From Desulfatiglandales bacterium (lineage in GTDB: Bacteria; Desulfobacterota; DSM-4660; Desulfatiglandales; Desulfatiglandaceae), in assembly GCA_963662465.1 (NCBI GenBank), contig OY759599.1:7008001-7072000 (forward strand): a DNA stretch of 64,000 nt. Reading direction: 5' to 3'. Numbering within the stretch: position 1 is the stretch's first letter; each line of letters begins with the position of its first letter. Of the stretch, positions 30,220-42,245 are shown piece after piece. A program made the translations under genes and the position numbers. The notes under the pieces were generated by a model, which did no database searches, was not told the origin of the DNA, and was given only the letters and a program-made list of their open reading frames with translations.

Positions 30220-31461
30220 ATGCCCCGCCAACCAAGACTTGACGCTCCAGGCCTCCTCCAACACGTCATGCCGGCTCCGTTCAATTCCGCAGGACAGCGT
30301 AGCGTATTTAACGGGGGCCCGGGGAATAGAACGACGAAAGATCTTCCTCGATGACAAGGATCGCGAGTCTTTCCTGGAAAGGTTCGCCAATATCCTTGAA
30401 GAAACCCAAACGCAATGCTACGCTTGGGCCTTGATTCCAAATCACTTCCATCTTCTTTTACGAACAGGCCCTACCCCACTCAGCAAGGTCATGCGCCGCT
30501 TAATGACCGGATACGCCGTGACCTTCAACAAAAGACATAAACGTTCCGGCCATCTCTTCCAAAACCGACCTGCCCGACATCGGCTTCGCCTTCAGGCGAG
30601 GCGGGCGGGTACAAATCCGTTGTGTGCGAGGAAGACACCTATCTCCTGGAACTGGTCCGCTACATTCACTTGAATCCGCTACGGGCGAGCCTGGTTCAGA
30701 ATCTCCAAGAGCTCGACAAATACCCCTGGACCGGCCACAGCGCCATCATAGGCCGACGAAAAAACCCCCTAATACCAGAGGTCAGCGATCAGAAGTCGGA
30801 AGTCAGCAGCCAAAAAACACCCAGAGCCCCCTCCGTCGCAGACGGATTGCCTTTTTCCCTTTCGTCCGGAAAGGGAAAAAAACAACAAAATAATCCTGAT
30901 AATCCTGTAAATCCTGTCAAAGAAAAAAAGCTGTTAGCCGAAAAGACCATCGAAGATACCCTCCTCCATTTCGCCGAAACCAAAAGAGCCGCTATAAAAA
31001 AGTATCGAGAATTCGTGGAAAAAGGGATCAAACAGGGTACCCGCGAAGATCTTCAAGGAGGCGGCCTTGTCAGGAGCGCCGGTGGAGATGCGGCAGGCCT
31101 TCTCGGGCGTAAAGCAGAAGAACGGGAGAAGGGAGACGCGAGGATTTTGGGGAGTGGTGATTTTGTTGAGACAACCCTTCACCAGTCTGAAAAATTGCTT
31201 GAAAGGAAATATGGACCCAAGAAAGCGATTGAAGATTTGATAAAGGATGTTTCAGAGGTTTTCGGAGTATCTCCTGAGCTGATTTGTTCAGGGAGCAGAA
31301 AGCCTAAAATCTCTGATGCCCGAGCTATTGTAGCACATATGGCGGTTGAGGAAACGGACCACAAGGCAACGGATGTAGCGAAACATCTTGGAATTAAGCA
31401 AACAAGCGTTCTACAATCGGTGAAGAAGGGGAAGGTTCTGTGTAATAGAGTAGGGCTATAA
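30220..31461 (+). pseudogene. RAYT-A paralog disrupted by two mini-insertions (30271-30316, 30569-30609)
   Basis: Homologous to 5342-6424; motif A follows at 31482. Confidence 0.9.
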
Positions 31462-31503
31462 GCGTAAACTAGTGAAACAAGCAACGTCCCCCACCCCATT
31501 ACG

Positions 31504-32088
31504 TTCGGTGCCACCCATCATGGCCAAAAATCCTGCGGCCTTTCCACCATCGGCTGCACCTCCTTCTTCCCGTCCAAACCCCTGGGCTGCTACGGCGACG
31601 GCGGCGCCGTCTTCACACACGACGACACCCTGGCCGACAAAATGCGCCAGATCCGCGTTCACGGCCAAAAAGCCAAACACCAGCACCCCCTGGTGGGTAT
31701 TAACGGCCGCCTCGACACAATTCAGGCAGCCATCCTTCTCGAAAAAATCGACCTCTTCCCCGAAGAATGCCGTCTCCGCTGGGAAGCGGGTCAACGGTAT
31801 AATGAGCTCCTGACGGGTATCCCTGGAATTCAGGTTCCAGCGGTTGCTGAAGGAAATGATTCGGTTTATGCCCAATACACCATGCTGACAAAAGACCGTG
31901 AAATGCTATCGAATGCTCTGAAGGCCGAAAGCATCCCGTCTGTTGCCTACTATGCCGTGCCTCTTCATCTCCAAGGCGTATTTTCAGATTTGGGTCATAA
32001 AGCGGGAGACTTCCCTGTGAGTGAAAAGGTTGCTTCACAGTGCTTGAGTTTACCGATGCATCCATATGCTTTTGCAGAGAAAGAATAA
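31504..32088 (+). pseudogene. DegT/WbpE-like aminotransferase, 5'-truncated at motif A
   Basis: SFFPSKPLGCYGDGG...GINGRLDTIQAA...LSLPMHP. Confidence 0.9.
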
Positions 32089-32126
32089 AACGTTATGATT
32101 CGGATACAAAATAGTGGGAGACGTTG

Positions 32127-32438
32127 ATGGATAATAAGAAGAAAAAAGCATTAGAATCCAAGGGGTATAGGGTCGGTTCTGCAGAAGATTTCCTGGGCCT
32201 GAGCAGGGAAGAATCCCAATACATCGAACTCAAGTTGGGACTTAGCAAGGCGCTCGCCGAGTTGCGCAGACAGAGCAATTTAACCCAACTTCAGGTGGCC
32301 AAAATTTTGAAATCAAGCCAATCAAGGATCGCCAAACTGGAAAGTGGGGACCCAAGCGTATCTCTGGACCTTCTTATCAAATCCCTACTTGCCATGGGTG
32401 CTACAAAAAATGGTATTGCAAAAGCAATCAATGTATAG
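32127..32438 (+). CDS. XRE HTH antitoxin-like protein, orphan
   Basis: LTQLQVAKILKSSQSRIAKLE. Confidence 0.8.
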   Translation: MDNKKKKALESKGYRVGSAEDFLGLSREESQYIELKLGLSKALAELRRQSNLTQLQVAKILKSSQSRIAKLESGDPSVSLDLLIKSLLAMGATKNGIAKAINV

Positions 32439-32749
32439 AACCCAAGGTACGGTGGTGATCCTCTGGGCAACAAAGCGGGTATTAAAATAACGGTGAAGAA
32501 TGTTCGTGCCAGTAGAGAGGTTGCTATTGCCGTTTGAGATATCCCCATCCTATCACCCTTTGAAGAATCAACAGAAACTCGCTTTGCGTCTTTAGTGCCT
32601 GTGACTCAGCCATAAGATCAGAAGGTGACAACGTTATAAAAGAAACGCATGAATGCATGGGCGTCCCCCTACCCCTGAAAAGACAGGGATGAGGGATGAA
32701 AGCTGAAAGCTGAAATTAGGGATGAAGGATGAAAAGATAGGAATAAAAA

Positions 32750-35700
32750 ATGACGCCTGAAATCCACCACCTAGGAGCAAAAGACTGCGTAACCGGTTCA
32801 TGCCACCTGATGCAGACAGCATCCGGCGTGAACATCCTCGTGGACTGCGGCAAGGCATATGGTCGTGACCCAGAACTCCCCTTCAACCAGTTTCCTGTTC
32901 AACCCGGCGAGATCGACTACCTGTTTCTGACCCACGCCCACATCGATCACATCGGCAGGACGCCAGACCTGATCGATGCCGGATTCCAGGGCGAGATCAT
33001 CTGCACTCACGCCACCAAAGCCCTGTTGATTCCCATGCTCCATGATGCCATGTCGTTTTCAGATAGAACCGGCAAAGAAATCCACCGCATGGAAGGTCTT
33101 ATTGATGAACTGTCATGGGGATTTGAACTTCATGAAACGTTTTCCCTTAAACAGGGGATCACATTCAAGCTGGGCAATGCCGGCCACATCCTGGGATCAT
33201 GTTTTATCCGCTTTGAAGTCCCCAATGACACTTCCATAACCCAAAACCCAAAACTCAAAACCAAAAACCGCTGTTCCATCGTTTTCTCAGGAGACCTTGG
33301 ATGCACAAACACCCCCATCCTGCCGGACCCTGACCCGCCCGATGCCTGTGATCTTCTGGTGATGGAATCCACTTATGGAGATAGAAACCATACCGGCCGA
33401 GAAGACCGGGTTCACGCTTTGGAAAGATTGCTTCATAAAGCCCTTGAGGACAAAGGGATTGTTTATATTCCCGCGTTTTCCCTTGGGAGAACCCAGGAGC
33501 TGCTTTATGAGCTGGACCGGATCGGAACAAAGGTTCCGGTGTTTGTGGATTCTCCCCTTGGCCTTAAAATTACAAAAATTTATTCAAATCTTGAAGCGTT
33601 TTGGGATAAAGAAGCAAAGGCTCTCAAGGCAAAGGGCGACCATCCCATTGATTTTAAAAATCTTTATGCCGTGGAGAGATACCGGGATCATCAAAAGCTG
33701 CTGGATATCAAAGGCCCTGCCATCATCATAGCGGGTAGCGGCATGTGTACGGGCGGGCGTATTGTGGATCATCTGGAACGCATAAGTCTAAATGTTGTGG
33801 GGTTTACTCTAACATATTGAAATTATTTCATCTGTTAAACGGTTCAGAATCAATATCCTAATCAAAGCGCATTTCGTGAGGCCAAACATTTTTTCCTGAA
33901 TTCGCCTTAGCGGAAAAAAGTTAGGGACTTTTTTTGATAAGTGTGCATAATCATAGTGCAACAGTCTATGTTAAATTAGAGAGGTTGCACATGATTAATA
34001 ATATTAAGAGAGCTTTGACAATGTTGGACAAAGCTCAAAACAGACTTGCAAGACAATGTTATTACGATCCAAAACAGTATCCTGAGATTTTCTTTGAAAT
34101 TGAGAAATGCATTAATGCCATCAGATCATGGATCAATGAAAGGGAGATGTTTCAATCATTGCAATATTTTTATGTAACATTGTCTGCTCTTATTGATGAA
34201 TTTGGTAGGTTAATAAGTCAATTATGGGATATTTGTAAGCCAATAAAAGGGAAAAAAAGCATTCCAAAAACACAACGGGATCGACAGAAAATTAGAATCT
34301 TTTATTCAATTCGTTCAATGATAAGTAATATTACTAAAAAATTGAATAATGTAAAAAGTCGTGATAGTACAATCAGTATTGCATTTGAGATAGGGATGTT
34401 AAAATCTTTTGATAAATCCATAATCGAAAATGTAAAAAAGAAAATGGAAGACCTTGTTTCTAAACGAGGAAATCAAACATATATCTTTCCTTATAATAAC
34501 ACCGAAAGCTATCATGCTCTCGTAAAAGATAGTAAGAAGTTTCGCATTGAAGTATTAGATAAACTCGATAAATATGATCACCACACAGGCCATAATTCAA
34601 CATGTTCTGGACCTAAAGAATATATTTTATCTGGTTTCCGCGGGAATCCTCGAAAAACAATAATGAATGGAGGAGAACAACAGACATTCCCAATCCGCAT
34701 GATACAATGCCGGAAGTGCAAACAAAAGTTCTCTCTTGTTCCCAGCTTTCTCCCAAGGGAAAAGAATTTTGGTATAGAGATTATTGGGCACGTATTTCGG
34801 AATATGTACCGTTTTAATGCGAGCATTCAAGGAGCCATCGAAAGCCTTAAAATTATTGGCAAAAAAAGTGTCAAAAGCAAACAGACCATCTTGAACTGGA
34901 ATCGATGGGCAGGAACACTTCATCCTGCAACAATACTAACAAGAGCAGGAGTGAAAGGCTCAGGATATCTACAGGAAGATGAGGGCTTTGAAAAAGAACC
35001 AAATTTAAGAACTTATTCTGTAGTTATGGTCGATCCTGAAAATTTATTAGTATGGCACTCCGATTATGTTGATCATGTTGATGAAGAAAACCTGTGCGGT
35101 TCATTTGAGGATTTTTTGCAAAAAATCGACTTCAAAATCCTTGGTGTAACAAAAGATAAGTGGAAAGCCTCAACCAATGCTATCAAGACCGTATTCCATA
35201 ACATTTGGGTCGGATATTGCCATCGTCATTGTTTGAAAAACTTCTACGATGCACTATCAAAATATCAAAAAGAATCAAAATGTACCGACCAAGAAGTGGA
35301 CAAGCTTTATAAAAAATTTAAGAAAGTTTTGAAAACATCCACATCTAAAGTTAACTTGGAAGTAAAGATTAAGGCATTAGATGACGATGCATTTTCTCAT
35401 CCATTACTAAAAAAGAGGGTAGTAGAATTAAAAGAAAATGCCACTCATTATACCTCTCATAAAAATAGAAATGGGATAAAACAAACAACCTCCATTGTTG
35501 ACAATTATTTAAAAGGAATCAAACGTAAACTAAAACAAATTGAGAGTTTTCGAGATAAGAAATGGGCAAGTCTTTTCTTTCGAGCACATGCGACTATCAG
35601 GAATTTTGTCCCATTTTTACCTGGCGCAAAAAATGCTCATAAAAGTCCCTTTGAATTAGCCAACGGCCAAACATTTGACTTACCTTGGATTCAAGTTATG

Positions 35701-36071
35701 AATGTTCATAATGCATTCTTGTTTACCGAAAACGCCTTTTAATTTTGATGGGTTATACAACCCCACAACATTTAGACTTATGCGATCTGGAACATGGTCT
35801 TCAAGATTCAGCAAATGACATCTTTTTCGTGGGATACCAGGCAAAGGGAACACCCGGCAGGCGGATCATTGAAAAGAAAGTCCCCGTTAAAGCAGGCATC
35901 CATACCCTCACGGGCTATTCAGCCCATGCGGATCAGAGCATGCTGGTTAGCTGGGTAAAATCCATGCCTGAACCTCCGGGAGAGATAAGGCTGGTGCATG
36001 GGGAAGATCGTGCCCGGCATGCCCTTTCGGAAGCGCTCTATCCCCTAAAAACGACAATAAACCAAGCCTGA
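32750..36071 (+). pseudogene. MBL-fold beta-CASP metallo-hydrolase interrupted by an IS
   Basis: VTGSCH, THAHIDH, GHILG, ESTYG, GYSAHAD, VHGE. Confidence 0.9.
33779..35784 (+). mobile_element. 2006-bp unclassified IS, copy 1 (ORF 33934-35742)
   Basis: 26-bp TIR CGCATAAGTCTAAATGTTGTGGGGTT; 8-bp TSD ATCTGGAA. Confidence 0.92.
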
Positions 36072-36334
36072 CCTTATGTTGCGAGTTTCCCTAACTGCCT
36101 AAAGATATTGACATTTCGATATCTTGTTCAGGAACTGATGAAGTCCTTGCAATATTAGCATGTTAACCCATTTAATAGCTTTTCCGAAAAGTATTTCGCA
36201 ACATAATAATAGACGAAAAACGTTGATGTTCATATCGGGAGATTCGTTTTTGGATCATCAAACAGCGATCCATATTCGATCTGTCCGCAGCGAGCATTAC
36301 TGCGCATTCATTCTCAATAGATCGACTGTAGTGC

Positions 36335-37354
36335 CTACAGGGTGTCCAGCCAAGCCAGAGTTTTTCCCTTGGCTTCCCAGTCGATCAGGGTTTCTACCTT
36401 ATTATCAAAAGCGATCCTTGAAGCCGTAAATTCCATGAAGGTTTTCTGCAGATCTGCTTTAGCATTCAGGTCCAACCTTAAATAGCCCATGGTTGTTTGA
36501 AGATTTTCATGTCCAAGTCGGTTTTTAATCTCAGTGATGTCTTTTCCCTGCAATAGCATGTTTACTGCACAGGAATGCCGGAAGCTGTGGGCGGGGCTCA
36601 GTGTTTTGAGCCGTTTTTCCGACAATGCCATAGTGAGATACTTTTTGCATATTCGGTGAATGCCGTTGCGTGTCAATGCTTGTGCACGCTGATTGATGAA
36701 TAGGCAGTTCCGGTAAATGGGTCTGGGTGTCAGACGATACCGCTCAATGTAAAGGGTTATCAACTCCACGGTCTTTGGAAGAAGTCTGATTTGGCGATAG
36801 CGGTTTCCTTTGCCGAGAATAGCAAGGGTGCTGTTTTGCGAATCAAAATAGTCGAGCTTCAACCCCGCGATTTCACCTGCCCTGGACCCTGAGTCATAGA
36901 GAAGATGAAGAATGGCGTAATCTCTCACGCCCCCCGGTTTTTCCAGGTCAACCCCTTGAAAGACTTTGAGGATTTCATCCGGGGTAAGATATCCAATGAG
37001 CTTTTTTTGAGCGCGTTTCTGTGGAATGTTGCGTATGACCTGTGCGATACCTTTATGTTCAGGGTATATGAGCATGATCATTTTGGCAAAGGACTTAATG
37101 GCGGCCAGGCGCTGATTACGCGTTCTGGGGCAGTTGAGCCTTCGATCCTCGATGTGGTTCAGAAATGAAACAATCGTGTCAAATGAAAAATGTTCCATCT
37201 CAAGATGCCGGACTGAGACATGATGGTATCCGGCCGCGAAAGGAAGAAGCAAGGTAAACGCATCCCGATAGGAAGAGATGGTCTGCTGACTGACCCCTTT
37301 GAGACGGGGTAGATAATGATCAAAAAACTGGTGTATGGCGTCTGAGATCTTCAT
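36335..37354 (-). CDS. Tyrosine recombinase (outer trio, third gene)
   Basis: RNQRLAAIKSF, GKGNR, HSFRHS, LGHENLQTTMGY. Confidence 0.9.
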   Translation of the reverse strand: MKISDAIHQFFDHYLPRLKGVSQQTISSYRDAFTLLLPFAAGYHHVSVRHLEMEHFSFDTIVSFLNHIEDRRLNCPRTRNQRLAAIKSFAKMIMLIYPEHKGIAQVIRNIPQKRAQKKLIGYLTPDEILKVFQGVDLEKPGGVRDYAILHLLYDSGSRAGEIAGLKLDYFDSQNSTLAILGKGNRYRQIRLLPKTVELITLYIERYRLTPRPIYRNCLFINQRAQALTRNGIHRICKKYLTMALSEKRLKTLSPAHSFRHSCAVNMLLQGKDITEIKNRLGHENLQTTMGYLRLDLNAKADLQKTFMEFTASRIAFDNKVETLIDWEAKGKTLAWLDTL

Positions 37355-37709
37355 ATGTCCTGAAGCTCCTTCATGTTGAAGTCGAGGAGTTGCCGGCGCT
37401 GATCGGCATCGGTGAACTTGAGATAGACGGCTGTGTAGCGATATTTTCGGTGACCCATATAAGCGGAAAGGATGGGCAAAGCAGACTGGGGATCCTCACC
37501 CCGGTCACAAATACTCTGGAGCGTGTTGACCGCGAAGGAATGCCGTAAGAAATCCAAACGTTTGGATTTGCTGCGTTATCCAAACCTAAATAAAATCCAA
37601 ACCTTTTCTTAAATAACCTGATATTTAAGTATTTTTATCGGAAAAGGTTTGGATTTTATTGCATAACGTATGACCTTTTTATCAAACAAATGAACAGGAG
37701 GTCATACGA

Positions 37710-38948
37710 ATGAATGTACAAAATCTGCGGGATAATTATCCCAAACTCATTTCCTACATGGAAACCAACGGTTACTCAAAAACTTACGTTGACAGTTTTA
37801 AAAGGGAGATTAAAAAAACTCTGGCGTCTGAGGATTCAGAGGAATGGTCATGTTATAAAGATGTATATTTGGGATACACCAAAAAATCATATTCTCCTAA
37901 CACTCTTCGCGATAAACGGACTGTCATTGGAGCCATTGAGCAGTTTGATGTTCATGACAGATACCCGAATGGAAGGTGCAGGCATCAACTCTTCGAAAGG
38001 GGTTCTTATCCCTTGTTGTCACCGGAATTCAAATCCGTCATCGATCTTTACCATGAAGTTGAAAAGAAACGTGGCAAGAAAAAATCTGCTACCGTTTATA
38101 CCGAATCCCATAATGCATCCACATTTTTCTTATCCCTTCAGCAAAAAGGAATTAACGGCCTGGGAAAGACTACAGAAGAAGCCGTGCTTTCAATATTTAT
38201 GTCCCCGGATGAAACCCTGCTCAAGAGCTGTTCTTACAAAAAAAACATTGCTGCGGTATTGAAGGCGTGTATCCCTTATCATCCAGAAACATGTCCTCAA
38301 ATTTTAGCCTTCCTTCCCGCTTTAAGGGAAACTCGAAAAAATATTCAGTACCTTACATCGAAGGAAATCCAGAAAGTTAAGGGCGTACTGGCTGATGGTG
38401 AAAATCTTCTTACGCTCCGTGACAAAGCAATTGGAATGCTTGCACTTTACACAGGCGTGCGTGGCTGTGATATTGCAGGATTGAAACTTGACGATATTGA
38501 CTGGAACAGGGATTTTATTGATATCAAACAGCAGAAAACAGCAATCCCTCTTGAACTTCCTTTAACAGCAGTTGTCGGAAATGCCATTTATGACTATCTG
38601 ACGTCAGAGCGCCCACGCACAGAAAGCAGATATATTTTTGTTTCCCAGCTTAAACCATATGAACAACTGAAAAACAAAAGCATTGGCAACGTGGCAGCTC
38701 TGATCATGAAAGCAGCAGGTATCCGGCAGTTAAAAGGCGATCGGAAAGGATTTCATATCTTCCGCCATCACTTTGCCACAGAACTTTTGGGGAACGGAGT
38801 TCCTCAGCCTGTTATCAGCAGGACACTTGGTCACACTTCACCAGATTCTCTTGAATCATACCTAAGAGCAGATTTCCCGCATTTGAAGGAATGTGCCATC
38901 AGCATAGAAGGTGTTCCTGTACCAAAGGAGGTGTTTTACCATGAATAA
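37710..38948 (+). CDS. Tyrosine recombinase (RitA-like)
   Basis: TGVRGCDI, HIFRHH, LGH...Y. Confidence 0.9.
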   Translation: MNVQNLRDNYPKLISYMETNGYSKTYVDSFKREIKKTLASEDSEEWSCYKDVYLGYTKKSYSPNTLRDKRTVIGAIEQFDVHDRYPNGRCRHQLFERGSYPLLSPEFKSVIDLYHEVEKKRGKKKSATVYTESHNASTFFLSLQQKGINGLGKTTEEAVLSIFMSPDETLLKSCSYKKNIAAVLKACIPYHPETCPQILAFLPALRETRKNIQYLTSKEIQKVKGVLADGENLLTLRDKAIGMLALYTGVRGCDIAGLKLDDIDWNRDFIDIKQQKTAIPLELPLTAVVGNAIYDYLTSERPRTESRYIFVSQLKPYEQLKNKSIGNVAALIMKAAGIRQLKGDRKGFHIFRHHFATELLGNGVPQPVISRTLGHTSPDSLESYLRADFPHLKECAISIEGVPVPKEVFYHE

Positions 38949-41900
38949 ATTCACTTCTTTTCTTGCGCCGCTCATGCAGGCATATGTTTTCTATCAAAAA
39001 GCATCCGGACGTTGGAGTGAAGCTTCTTCTTATGGACCAAACCTCATCCTGTTTGACCGATACTGCAAGAAGCAACATCCGGAAGCTGCACTTCTATCTC
39101 AGGAAATGGTGAATGGATGGTGCCATCAGCGCGACACAGAATCCAACAATTCGTGCAGATCAAGAATCAATGTTGTTGTAAGTTTTATACGATACTTGAG
39201 AAAGCGCGGAAAAACAGATGTCATGGAGCCTGAAATTCCAAGGAAAGAGCGATGCCAGACCTCGTTAAGCCCCGGGCGGTTTTGCGGTGGTCCAATCGTG
39301 TTTTCAAGCAGTTAGAGTGTCTCTAATTGAGAATTGGACAGTCGAAGTTGCAAGATATTAATATAATTTTTGAAATTTTTTAATTTGTAAAAATTAATTG
39401 ACACTTCCGGAAGGATGGAATACTCTCGTTTCTGCAAACAATGAAGCGAGGCAATCATGACCCAGGGATTATTGTTCGATGATGTATCGAACGAAGATAA
39501 AGCGCTTAAATTCATCGGCCAGCGGCTCTATCTGAAATTTAAAGACGACATCGAAACGCACGTCAGCCTTTACCATAATGACGTCTTGGTAAAGACTGCT
39601 GACCTTTCTGACAAGGTGGCCAAAAGATTTTTTGTCGTCGAAGCCGCCGAGCTTGGCGCTACCAAAACCCATCTTGCAGAAGCGCTTAACATCAGCCGCC
39701 AGACCATCCATAACTACCAGGAAATAAAGAAACATTTCGGTCTTGAAGGCCTTATCCGCAACTATACGCCTTCAAAAGGTGCGACCTTGCGCCAGAACCG
39801 TGAAGCCCATGCCGATGAAGCTCTTAAAGGGAACAAGGCCAGGCAACTGGAGCAGATACGAAAAGGGGAGAGAGAGCGGCTGGATACACAAGTTGAACTC
39901 CCTTTCGGCGACCGCACTCTTGACCCGGAAGATCAACCCTTCAGCGAGAAACATGGCTGGGAAGCAACGCGCTATGCGGGCGTTTTTACTTACCTGATTA
40001 CTTTGATCCACCTCAATAACTGGGCGCGGATGACATCCTCCTTCTTGGGAAATAAATATAAGTTATTGTTTACTTTTGTCTTGATGATTGCAAAGAATAC
40101 CCGCTCCATCGAGCAACTGAAAAATCTTCACGGACGCGAAGCAGGTCTCATCCTTGGCATCCGGAATTTGCCAAGCAAAACAAAGGCGCGCGTATGGCTT
40201 TATGCTGCCTGCAAGTTGGATACAGCACGCCAGATGCTGTCTCATTTTACCCTCCAGCAAATTCGTTCCGGACTCGTCGGCACATGGCTGTGGTTTGTAG
40301 ACGGTCATTTGTTGCCTTATACCGGGAAAAACAAAGTACATAAAGCCTTCAATACGCAGCGGAGGATGATGGTTCCGGGTCGCAACAACATCGTTGCTTG
40401 CGATTCAAGCGGCAGGGTCATTGATTTTGAGATTCAGGAGGGAAAAGGCGATATCCGTAATTATCTTATTAAGTTAGGGATTAAATGGAAGGCAGAAGTC
40501 ACTCCAGGACCGGTGATGGTATTTGACCGGGAAGGGCAAGGGGGCAATTTTTTTTATGAAATGAATCTGGCAGGAGTCGGTTTTGTAACTTGGGAAAAGA
40601 ATGTTGACATCAATAAGCTCAAGGCGTTGGACGAAGAGTTGTTCACAGAAGAATTCAGTTTAAATGGCAAGTCATATCGGATATTTGAAGGGGAAAAGGT
40701 ATTCACCTGCGACGTAGATGAAAAGAAAACTGAAACTCTAACGATTAGGCGCATTTATCTATGGAATGTTTCCAGTAACCGCCGGACCTGCGCTCTGTCG
40801 AATGTTCCATCGGACAGAATGGGCACAGAGCAATGCGCAATGGCGATCCTCAACCGTTGGGGAGCCTCTGAAAACACCTTTAAGCATATAGGAGACAAAC
40901 ATCCCCTTAACTACCAACCGGGATATTCGTTTACTGAAAGTCAGAATCAGGAAATCGCCAATCCTGAACTCAAAGAGATCAAGACGAAGGCTTCCGGAAT
41001 TAAGGCAAAGCTTGTAGGACTGTATAAAAAGCTGTCAAAAAGCAACGAAGTCCTCAATAAAGATGGCAGTACTCGGAAAAACAGTGTCCGCCAAAATGTC
41101 CTTTCGCAGATCAAAGAAAAGGAGTCTGAGGTTGAAATCTTGAAGGGGAAAGTAAAACAACTCCCTGAAAGAGTGGATGTTTCATGGCTGGAGGATTACA
41201 CTTGTTTTCAGCGTATTTGTGATGAAAGCAAGTATTTATTTGACCTTGTGACCGCAAGCGTGTGGAATGCTCGCAAGCAAATGGTAGAGTGGCTTCTGCC
41301 GCTTTACGAAAACAAGAATGAGTATGTTGATCTATTCTATGCCATTACCAATTGCCATGGCTGGATAAGGAGCGACAATAAGAAAGTGACAGTACGTCTT
41401 GAGCCCCTCCAACAGCCCAGTCGTCTTGCCGCCCAAAAACAGTTTTGCCGGAAACTAAGTCAGTTGAGGGTAATCACCCCCCGCTGGAAAATTACTCCAG
41501 CTTGAAGTCGGAAATTCGCCCCTCAAATAGGCAAGTGTCCAAAAATCGGGGGGTAAAACCACCTCTCGTAACGAGGTCTGGATGCACATATATTCCCCAT
41601 TCTTTTACAGGTGTTGAGCTGGAAAATTTTTTCCATGCTTGTGATAGCCTGCCTTCAGTATCCCACACTCCCGAACAGCGATCACGGAAAATAACTATTC
41701 CTGTGTTCTTCCGTTTTCTTTACAGTAGTGGAATACGAACTTATGAGGCAAGAATGCTGAGGGTTAAGGACGTCGACTTGTGCAATGGGATTATGAATAT
41801 CCGTTATTCCAAGGGGAGTGCTCAGCACTACGTAGTGCTACATGACTCCATGAATAAACTTTTAAAAATATATGACGAAGCTATACGGAAGCAGTACCCT

Positions 41901-42245
41901 CACAGAACTTATTTTTTCCCTGCAAAAGGTAACACTTTCCATAAAAGGAAATGGGTACAGACAAATTTTCGGGAATTGTGGGATAAATATAATAGCTCTC
42001 ATGCTACTGCATATGAGCTCAGGCACCATTATGCCATAAAAAACATCAACCGCTGGACAGATGAAGGCTTTGGGTTTGATGCGAAACTGCTCTATCTCAG
42101 CAAAAGCATGGGACACAGCACACTGGAAAGCACAAAATATTATTATTCCCTTGTTCCCGGAATGGCTGACATCTTGGAAGAAAAAACAGGAATGGATTTC
42201 GAAAGCATTGTGCCGGAGGTGGATTATGAAGAAAGCGACGAATGA
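38941..42245 (+). pseudogene. Tyrosine recombinase (RitB-like) interrupted by the IS at 39256-41580
   Basis: N- and C-terminal parts rejoin across the TSD; SGIRTYE, YELRHH, MGH...YY. Confidence 0.88.
39256..41580 (+). mobile_element. 2325-bp IS with a 682-aa putative DDE transposase (39457-41505)
   Basis: 12-bp TIR CAGACCTCGTTA; 5-bp TSD GATGC; VDGH, VFDREG, RWGASENTFK. Confidence 0.9.

Noticed and set aside
30271..30609. Compensating frameshifts (46+41=87 bp) keeping the RAYT-A paralog functional
   Set aside because: The shifted frame hits a stop at 30354 before the second insertion, and the HUH motif would be out of frame
680..36073. Classical integron/attC cassette array (some junctions read CAAC-GTTA, like an attC R' site)
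   Set aside because: I found no RYYYAAC box after stop codons, no attC-length hairpins and no IntI. Many units are gene fragments, and the recombinases present belong to RIT trios. IntegronFinder would be the formal test.
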